DNA of 64,000 nt from Candidatus Latescibacterota bacterium. GTDB lineage: Bacteria > Latescibacterota > UBA2968 > UBA8231. Numbering within the stretch: position 1 is the stretch's first letter; the number at the start of each line of letters is the position of its first letter. Below, one piece after another: positions 57,778-64,000 of this stretch. The stretch spans positions 1,760,001 to 1,824,000 of the forward strand of contig OZ242214.1 in NCBI GenBank assembly GCA_965206595.1, written 5' to 3'. A program made the position numbers and the translations under genes. Under the pieces are notes generated by a model. The model saw nothing but the letters and a program-made list of their open reading frames with translations. It did not search any database and was not told the origin of the DNA.

Positions 57778-59146
57778 ATCGACGGAAGGGGACCATCCGA
57801 TCGGATTGCTACGGCCCCTTGTGGCCATCGTGGGCGGTCCGAATGTCGGCAAGTCGACGCTATTCAACAGGCTTGCACGTCGGCGGCAGGCAATTACCGA
57901 CGATCACCCCGGAATAACCAGGGACTGCATCGCCGTTGAGGTTGAGTGGAATGGCAGCCGTTTTTCCCTGATGGATACGGGCGGATTCGTTCCCTTTTCA
58001 AAGGATGCCATTGAATCGGCGGTGCGGGAGCAGACAGAGTTCGCTGTTGAGCAAGCCGATTTTGTCATGCTGGTGTGCGACGCCACTTCCGGTGCCACCG
58101 CTACCGACTGCGAGGTCGCCGAGGTACTGCGACGAAGCGGAGTAGAGTCCCTCCCTGTCATCAACAAACTCGATCACCCTGGGCAGGAGGATGCCTTGTT
58201 GGGGGATTTTTTCAACCTTGGGTTGGGGACACCGATCCCAGTTTCGGCGGCATCCGGGCGGCTGTCAGGGGACCTTCTCGATCTCCTGACAGCTCGATTC
58301 GATGTCCCGGAAGCCCCCTCCGGGTCCGGGGAAGAGGAGGATACAATCCGGGTCGTACTTGCCGGCAGGCCAAACGTTGGAAAGTCAACATTGATGAATA
58401 GACTCGCCGGTTCTCGGGTTTCCATCGTCCACCAAAGGCCGGGTACCACCCGCGACACCACCGAAATCCGCATCCACTGGGAGGGACGCCGTTTCCTGCT
58501 GATGGACACAGCTGGGGTGCGCCGACGCCGTCGGATAGATGACCGGGTGGAGTACTACAGTTCGCTACGCGCGGCGCGTGCGGTAGAACAGGCCGATGTC
58601 ACCTTGGCGATCATCGACGCCGTCGAGGGGGTCACGACGCAAGACGCCCGAATCATGTCAAAGATCTTGGACTCCGGCAGCGGGCTGGCAGTCGCGGTAA
58701 ACAAATGGGATGTCGTAGACTACCCGAAGGACGCCGGACAGTTCGCCAACCGCATCCGAGATCGGTACCCATTCCTGCGGGATTTTCCGGTTGTCGTTCT
58801 TTCCGCCTTGACAGGGAGCCGGGTCTCTCGATGTTTGGAAACAGCCGCTGCTGTCTTCGATAGCCGGCGGCGTCGAGTGCCCACTGCACGTCTGAACAGG
58901 CTCCTTGGGCAAGTCACGGCGAAAAGCCCAGTTCGCGGAAGTGGCCGTGCTGTAAAAATTCTGTACGCTACACAACAGGCAATATCGCCGCCCTCTTTTG
59001 TCGTTTTTGCAGATCATCCCGAACTGGTGTCCGATTCCTACTCTCGAAATCTGGAAAAAAGCCTACGGGAGGAATTTGATTTCATGGGTTCTCCTCTCAA
59101 AATCTTCTGGCGAAGCCGACGGGACAAACGGAAATCAGCAAATTAG
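57767..59146 (+). CDS. der: Ribosome biogenesis GTPase Der (EngA)
   Basis: Two G domains (G.PNVGKS/DTGG/NKLD and GRPNVGKS/DTAG/NKWD) plus KH-like C-terminus. Confidence 0.96.
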   Translation: MSGKSTEGDHPIGLLRPLVAIVGGPNVGKSTLFNRLARRRQAITDDHPGITRDCIAVEVEWNGSRFSLMDTGGFVPFSKDAIESAVREQTEFAVEQADFVMLVCDATSGATATDCEVAEVLRRSGVESLPVINKLDHPGQEDALLGDFFNLGLGTPIPVSAASGRLSGDLLDLLTARFDVPEAPSGSGEEEDTIRVVLAGRPNVGKSTLMNRLAGSRVSIVHQRPGTTRDTTEIRIHWEGRRFLLMDTAGVRRRRRIDDRVEYYSSLRAARAVEQADVTLAIIDAVEGVTTQDARIMSKILDSGSGLAVAVNKWDVVDYPKDAGQFANRIRDRYPFLRDFPVVVLSALTGSRVSRCLETAAAVFDSRRRRVPTARLNRLLGQVTAKSPVRGSGRAVKILYATQQAISPPSFVVFADHPELVSDSYSRNLEKSLREEFDFMGSPLKIFWRSRRDKRKSAN

Positions 59147-59161
59147 GAGTTTTCAATACAG

Positions 59162-59662
59162 GTGTCTCCATTTGGATCATCTGAATCCAGACGCGCTCTG
59201 GATACGAAACTCTACTACAGCATTGGCGAGGTTGCAGAGATTACCCAGTTGCCGCAGTACACCTTGCGCGCTTGGGAAAAGGAATTTTCCTGTCTGAGGC
59301 CGCGCCGGGTGCGCGGAAAGAACCGCGCCTATCGCGAACGCGATATCGGCATCATACTCCTTATTAAGCGCCTTCTGCACCATGATCGCTATTCGACCCG
59401 CGGTGCACGGCAGAAACTGAAGAGCGAACCGGAGCTTGTCCGCAGAGCCGGTGAGTCGTTGAGGGCATTTCTTAGTGCAGGAGAGGTAGAGGTCTCGACC
59501 GCATTGCAAGCCCCTGCAGGCAAGCGACCCGCAAGGGTGTCTGCAGGGGCTTGCTCGACCCCTAGGGCGGTCTCCAATGGGCAGACTGATAACAGGCAGG
59601 TTTTCCAGTTCCTGTCCGAATTGCGAACTGAGCTTGAGAGCCTCCTGAAGCTGCTTTCGTGA
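59162..59662 (+). CDS. MerR family HTH transcriptional regulator
   Basis: KLYYSIGEVAE...TLR.WE.EF..L.P.....R.Y...D. Confidence 0.88.
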   Translation: MSPFGSSESRRALDTKLYYSIGEVAEITQLPQYTLRAWEKEFSCLRPRRVRGKNRAYRERDIGIILLIKRLLHHDRYSTRGARQKLKSEPELVRRAGESLRAFLSAGEVEVSTALQAPAGKRPARVSAGACSTPRAVSNGQTDNRQVFQFLSELRTELESLLKLLS

Positions 59663-59863
59663 CCAGAATTCCTGCCGTTCTATTTCTGACAACGCGCTGA
59701 ACCAGAGTGGATTATAGGCAATACCTGTGTATCTGTACAATCCAATCTTGCTTAAATCCAAGCAAGCCTCTACCTTTGATAGGTCTATTTCTGATTCTGA
59801 AGCCCGATTGTTCATCAGAACTTCCCTGCATTGGAGGCGTTCCCCCCTTGGAGCAGGTTGACA

Positions 59864-60373
59864 GTGAGTCGGCGACCTGATACGCAGGAGACTTATTCTC
59901 ACCGCCATCGTGAACTCGACCCTGATCCAGAGGCTCTTCGGCAGCTCCTGATTGTGCTTGTTGAGCCGGTTGTCGCCGAATACGAGGCATCGCTGGTGGA
60001 CGTAGGGGTTTTTGGAAAGAGAAACTCGCGCTCCATCCGTGTGCTAGTACACAAAGATCCGGGGATCACGCTTGACCTGTGCGAGTCGATCTCCCGGGAG
60101 ATTGGCGACCTGCTCGATGTCGAAGATCCGGTTTCTGGTCGCTATCGACTTGAGGTTACGTCTCCCGGCCTTGACCGACCCCTCGTCACCGACAGCGACT
60201 TCGTGCGAGCCTCGGCAAGACAATTGAAGGTGTTGCTCCATTCAGGACGCTCTGTTTCGGGGCGGCTGGCCAATTGGGACCCCGACGCGATCGAGTTGCA
60301 GATCGAGATAGAGGTGGTGGATCGCATCCCTCGCTCGGAAATAGCGAAGGCAACGATTGAAGTGGAAATGTAG
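59864..60373 (+). CDS. rimP: Ribosome maturation factor RimP
   Basis: GIT.D.C..ISR.....LDVED.....Y.LEV.SPGLDRPL; upstream of nusA. Start uncertain. Confidence 0.93.
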   Translation: MSRRPDTQETYSHRHRELDPDPEALRQLLIVLVEPVVAEYEASLVDVGVFGKRNSRSIRVLVHKDPGITLDLCESISREIGDLLDVEDPVSGRYRLEVTSPGLDRPLVTDSDFVRASARQLKVLLHSGRSVSGRLANWDPDAIELQIEIEVVDRIPRSEIAKATIEVEM

Positions 60374-60413
60374 TTTGGACCTGTCAGAGTAGTAATGTAG
60401 TTTGGACCGGTAA
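60361..60413. repeat. Diverged 27-bp-period tandem duplication across the rimP stop (15-bp perfect core aatgtagtttggacc)
   Basis: 60361-60386 vs 60388-60413 match at 22 of 26 positions. Confidence 0.8.
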
Positions 60414-60489
60414 CCCTCGAATTCCGGTTTGACCGGCCTCTAAAGCCTGCAACGCACGGAATGGGCAATTCAAAATTTCCTGGAGACAG

Positions 60490-62082
60490 ATGAACAACAT
60501 CAATGTTGTCGAAGCGCTTAGTCAGATAGCCAGAGAGAAGAACGTGGATCGCCGGCTGGTTATCGAGACTTTGACCGACGCGCTGGTCTCGGCGGCAAAA
60601 AAGCGTTTTGTAAATGCCGACAACTTCGAGGTCGAACTCAATGCCGATACTGGCCATATGGCAGTTCTCGCTCGCAAGACCGTGGTTGAAGATGTCAATG
60701 AGCCGGAACTAGAAATCGACTTGGAAGATGCGCGTCAAATCGACAAGCAGGCGCAGCTAGGGTCGGTCGTCTTCGAAGAGTTGAACCTCGCCGATTTCGG
60801 TCGCAATGCGATTCAGGCAGCCAAGCAGATTCTTGTCCAGCGGGTGCGCGAGGCCGAGCGCGACCGTATTTACGACGAATTCAGTGGTAGATTGACTCAG
60901 ATCGAATCGGGGATCGTTCAACAGATCAGCCACGGCGATATCCTCATGAACCTCGGGCGCGCCGAAGCGGCGATTCCCCTCAAGGAGCAGATTCGGCGAG
61001 AGAGATATCGCCAAGGAGACAGCGTTCGCGGGTATATTTATGAAGTGCTCAAGTCGAGCCGCGGCCCTCAGGTGCTGCTTTCGCGCACCCATCCCGAATT
61101 CTTGCGCAAGCTATTTTCCATCGAGGTGCCCGAAATTGCGGAAGGTATCGTGAAGATACACGCAGTCGCCAGGGAGCCGGGTGAAAGGGCGAAAATCGCG
61201 GTGAGCTCCAATGATGAAAGGGTCGATCCCGTCGGCGCATGTGTTGGAGTTAAGGGATCCCGGGTACAGGCCATCGTCAGGGAGCTCAGCGGTGAGCGGA
61301 TCGATATCGTGCCTTGGATTGACGAACCTCAGATATTCATAGCCCGGTCACTCAGTCCCGCTGCGATTTCTCGTGTCATCGTCGACGAGCGGCGCCAACG
61401 TGCCTCTGTTATCGTGGAAACGGATCAGCTGTCCTTGGCGATTGGAAAGTCCGGGCAGAATTCCCGTCTCGCCGTGCAGCTGACCGGTTGGGGACTTGAT
61501 ATACTAACGGAAGAAGAGTACCAAGCCCGTCGGCGGCGAATCGATGAGAGCCAGCAAGAGTTGCGCGAGCTGGAAGGAGTCAGCGAGCTCATAGCAATCA
61601 GTTTGGCGAGTTCCGGGTTTATCTCGATCCGGGCGATCGCGGAGGTAGAGGTCAAACTTTTGCAGACCGTGCCCGGTCTCGAAGGCGAAGATGGAGCTCT
61701 TGCTGCCAAGCTCAAAGCAAAGGCCGAAGCGTACGTGAAAGCGGCCGGGGCGCGCGGGGAAGAGTTGCGACCTGCGACGATTCAGGAACTGGAAGCGATG
61801 GAAGCTGCCGCTGCAAAGGAAGCAGCCGTAAGGGAAGCCTCGGAGGCGAGCGAGGGGTCAGCACGAGCCCCCGATGCCCCTGGCGTGCCGCAGTCGTCAG
61901 CCAGTCATACCGATGACACCGGACATGAAGCTGCAGGCGTGCTTGGCACCACCAATACGACCAATGCTGTAACCGCAGTTTCGGACATAGACGCGTCGGG
62001 GGCGGGGGTAGTTCCGACCAATGCCACCCGGAGCGATGAATCAGCCCCGGCGAACGAAAAAGCGAACAACCGAAGCGAGTGA
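60490..62082 (+). CDS. nusA: Transcription termination/antitermination factor NusA
   Basis: FGR.A.Q.AKQ, LSRTHP, EVPEI, AREPG.R.K, DPVGACVG..G.R, AIGK.GQN.RLA; low-complexity C-terminal tail. Confidence 0.97.
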   Translation: MNNINVVEALSQIAREKNVDRRLVIETLTDALVSAAKKRFVNADNFEVELNADTGHMAVLARKTVVEDVNEPELEIDLEDARQIDKQAQLGSVVFEELNLADFGRNAIQAAKQILVQRVREAERDRIYDEFSGRLTQIESGIVQQISHGDILMNLGRAEAAIPLKEQIRRERYRQGDSVRGYIYEVLKSSRGPQVLLSRTHPEFLRKLFSIEVPEIAEGIVKIHAVAREPGERAKIAVSSNDERVDPVGACVGVKGSRVQAIVRELSGERIDIVPWIDEPQIFIARSLSPAAISRVIVDERRQRASVIVETDQLSLAIGKSGQNSRLAVQLTGWGLDILTEEEYQARRRRIDESQQELRELEGVSELIAISLASSGFISIRAIAEVEVKLLQTVPGLEGEDGALAAKLKAKAEAYVKAAGARGEELRPATIQELEAMEAAAAKEAAVREASEASEGSARAPDAPGVPQSSASHTDDTGHEAAGVLGTTNTTNAVTAVSDIDASGAGVVPTNATRSDESAPANEKANNRSE

Positions 62083-62101
62083 ATAAAGGGCGGATCTCCT
62101 T

Positions 62102-64000
62102 TTGGAAAAACGCAGGATTTACCAGGTAGCGAAGGAAATCAAGCTATCGAGTGACGCGCTGATCTCGATGCTCAAGTCGCTTGGTCACGAGGTCAGAAGC
62201 CACATGAGCGTCGTGACTCCCGAGATGACCGAGGCGATAACGCGGAAAATCGAGGAAGAGAAAACTGCCTCCAAGGAGGAAGTGCAGCGACAAAAGGAGA
62301 AAGAACAGTCTCGACGCCGACAGGAGCGGCAAGCCCGAGCCGGACGGACGCGAAGTGATGCCCCCGGATCGGGAGAACGCGGAGCCGGCCAGCGCGTGCG
62401 CGAGATTATCGGACGGCAACGTGCTCCCGGAATAACTCCCCTCCCGACGAAAGAAGAGGGGGATCGCAGGCGCTCAAAGCGACGGGGAAAACGCGGCGAT
62501 AGCCCCGAGCCCCGGGAGTCATCCGGCAAACCTGGGGAAACCGCCCCTGACGCCGCTTCCGACATGAGCGGTCGTTGGCGCGGAGGAGGAAGGCCAAGGC
62601 GCCAGCGGCAGACTGATACCCAGTCGGTTCAAGACAACGTCCGGAAAACGCTGAGTGAGATCGCCGAAGGCCGGACTCGGCGGCGCTATGATCGCGGGGG
62701 CGGCGAGGAGGGCGATGGGGGAGACGGAGACGGGGCGCAACAGATCCGGGTCAGGGAGTTCTCCACGGTCGGGGAGTTGGCTGAACGGATGGGGGTACGT
62801 TCCGCTGAGGTGATCGCTACCTGTCTGCAGCTGGGAGTGGTTGTAACTATCAACCAGCGCCTCGACATGGACACGATCGTTACAGTCGCGGACGAATTTG
62901 GTTTTGTAGCAAGGCCGGTGGAAGAAGAGGAGGAGGAGGAGGAGGAACTGCAGGAGGATCTCGGCCTCGAAGAGAAAGTAACCGGAGAGCTCGAACCGCG
63001 ACCGCCGGTTGTCACGGTGATGGGCCACGTCGATCACGGTAAAACGTCCCTGCTCGATTTCTTGCGGAAAAGCGATGTGGTCGAGGGTGAATCGGGCGGA
63101 ATCACTCAGCATATCGGCGCCTACGTGGTGCACTCCCCCGACGGCCAAGCCATTTCTTTCCTTGATACCCCGGGGCACGCTGCCTTCACGGCGATGCGCG
63201 CCCGCGGCGCGCGGGTCACCGATATAGTGGTTCTGGTCGTTGCCGCCGATGACGACGTCATGCCCCAGACGGTCGAAGCCATTGACCATGCCAAAGCCGC
63301 CCAGGTTCCCATAGTAGTAGCCATAAACAAGATGGATCTGCCCACTGCCGATCCCGACAAGGTCAGGCGGCAGCTGGGCGAGCGCGGTGTCCTGTTGGAG
63401 GATTGGGGCGGCAAGGTGCCGTGCGCCGAGATTTCAGCTATGACGGGGCAGGGAATTGACAAGCTGCTCGAACTGGTGATCCTGGAAGCCGAACTCCTCG
63501 AACTCAAGGCAGTTCGAGACAGGAGATGTCGTGGTACGATCATCGAAGCCCAACTGGACAAGGGCAGGGGCCCGGTCGCAACCGTGCTCGTGCAGGAAGG
63601 TACCCTGCGCGTTGGGGATCCGTTTGTAACCGGGGTGTACGGCGGTCGGGTGAGAGCCCTGTTCGACGAGGATCAGCAGAGAGTCCGGGAGGCAGGGCCG
63701 TCCATTCCTGTAATGGTCCTGGGTGGAAGCGGAGTACCTCAAGCAGGTGACACCTTCGCGGTGGCGCCATCCGAGCGGGAGGCCCGTGAAATCATCCAGA
63801 GGCGGCAGCAAATCAAACGCGAGCATGAAATCCGCAGCAGTCGCGGAATGACGCTGGGCGATCTTCAGTTCCAGATCCAAGAAAAGAAAATCAACGAACT
63901 CAAGGTCATCGTTAAGGCGGATGTCGATGGTTCCGTCGAGGCGATAACCCAGGAGCTAGGCAGTATAACCCATGAAGAGGTGCGCATTTCGGTCATTCAC
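62102..64000 (+). CDS. infB: Translation initiation factor IF-2 (partial, runs off the window)
   Basis: TTG start MEKRRIYQVAKE, in frame with PPVVTVMGHVDHGKT (63002), GGITQHIGAY, DTPGH, NKMD. Confidence 0.97.
   Translation, partial: MEKRRIYQVAKEIKLSSDALISMLKSLGHEVRSHMSVVTPEMTEAITRKIEEEKTASKEEVQRQKEKEQSRRRQERQARAGRTRSDAPGSGERGAGQRVREIIGRQRAPGITPLPTKEEGDRRRSKRRGKRGDSPEPRESSGKPGETAPDAASDMSGRWRGGGRPRRQRQTDTQSVQDNVRKTLSEIAEGRTRRRYDRGGGEEGDGGDGDGAQQIRVREFSTVGELAERMGVRSAEVIATCLQLGVVVTINQRLDMDTIVTVADEFGFVARPVEEEEEEEEELQEDLGLEEKVTGELEPRPPVVTVMGHVDHGKTSLLDFLRKSDVVEGESGGITQHIGAYVVHSPDGQAISFLDTPGHAAFTAMRARGARVTDIVVLVVAADDDVMPQTVEAIDHAKAAQVPIVVAINKMDLPTADPDKVRRQLGERGVLLEDWGGKVPCAEISAMTGQGIDKLLELVILEAELLELKAVRDRRCRGTIIEAQLDKGRGPVATVLVQEGTLRVGDPFVTGVYGGRVRALFDEDQQRVREAGPSIPVMVLGGSGVPQAGDTFAVAPSEREAREIIQRRQQIKREHEIRSSRGMTLGDLQFQIQEKKINELKVIVKADVDGSVEAITQELGSITHEEVRISVIH

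Noticed and set aside
57830-57856. Der first P-loop GGPNVGKS instead of GRPNVGKS
   Set aside because: The substitution is at a variable position of GxxxxGKS and the other motifs are intact.
61945-61968. TTNTTN 9-bp imperfect repeat in the NusA tail
   Set aside because: Too short and within a low-complexity region to count confidently as a duplication event.
62921-62950. (GAG/GAA)n run in infB as a contingency locus
   Set aside because: It is an in-frame poly-Glu linker common in IF-2 just before the G domain.

Overview
A GC-rich bacterial chromosomal segment with about 50 protein-coding genes and 4 tRNAs (Arg-CCG, Pro-GGG, Pro-CGG, Gly-CCC). I see no CRISPR array, integrase, transposase or prophage. 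The organism is probably diderm and from the FCB group (e.g. Latescibacterota-like); this is an inference from gene content and a Bacteroidota-type bS22-like small protein. The left part is accessory metabolism and envelope stress: hemE, MocA/XdhC molybdenum-cofactor maturation, a nitrilase, an ECF sigma/anti-sigma/Spy-like operon, an HDAC-family deacetylase, an orphan E2 and ftsH. The middle holds an uncharacterised two-gene membrane system (an M28 pseudo-peptidase fused to an FtsX/MacB-type permease, plus an OPT-like transporter with inserted domains). It is followed by a J-domain/YbjN/PspA/flavoenzyme/spermidine synthase/DUF4178/DUF350 cluster, then hisI, cysC, pyrH, purB and a TatT-associated TRAP (TPAT) transporter among sugar-acid enzymes. 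The right part is core genes: mreBC, HU, tRNAs, miaA, der, rimP-nusA-infB. The most unusual signals are (1) recurring short tandem duplications of 9-48 bp, one of which splits the ECF sigma factor into translationally coupled sigma2 and sigma4 halves, (2) the pseudo-peptidase/FtsX plus OPT-like pair, and (3) the PspA-polyamine cluster, whose J-protein begins with a PspA-like amphipathic helix. All family assignments come from motif recognition by eye; no database search was run.
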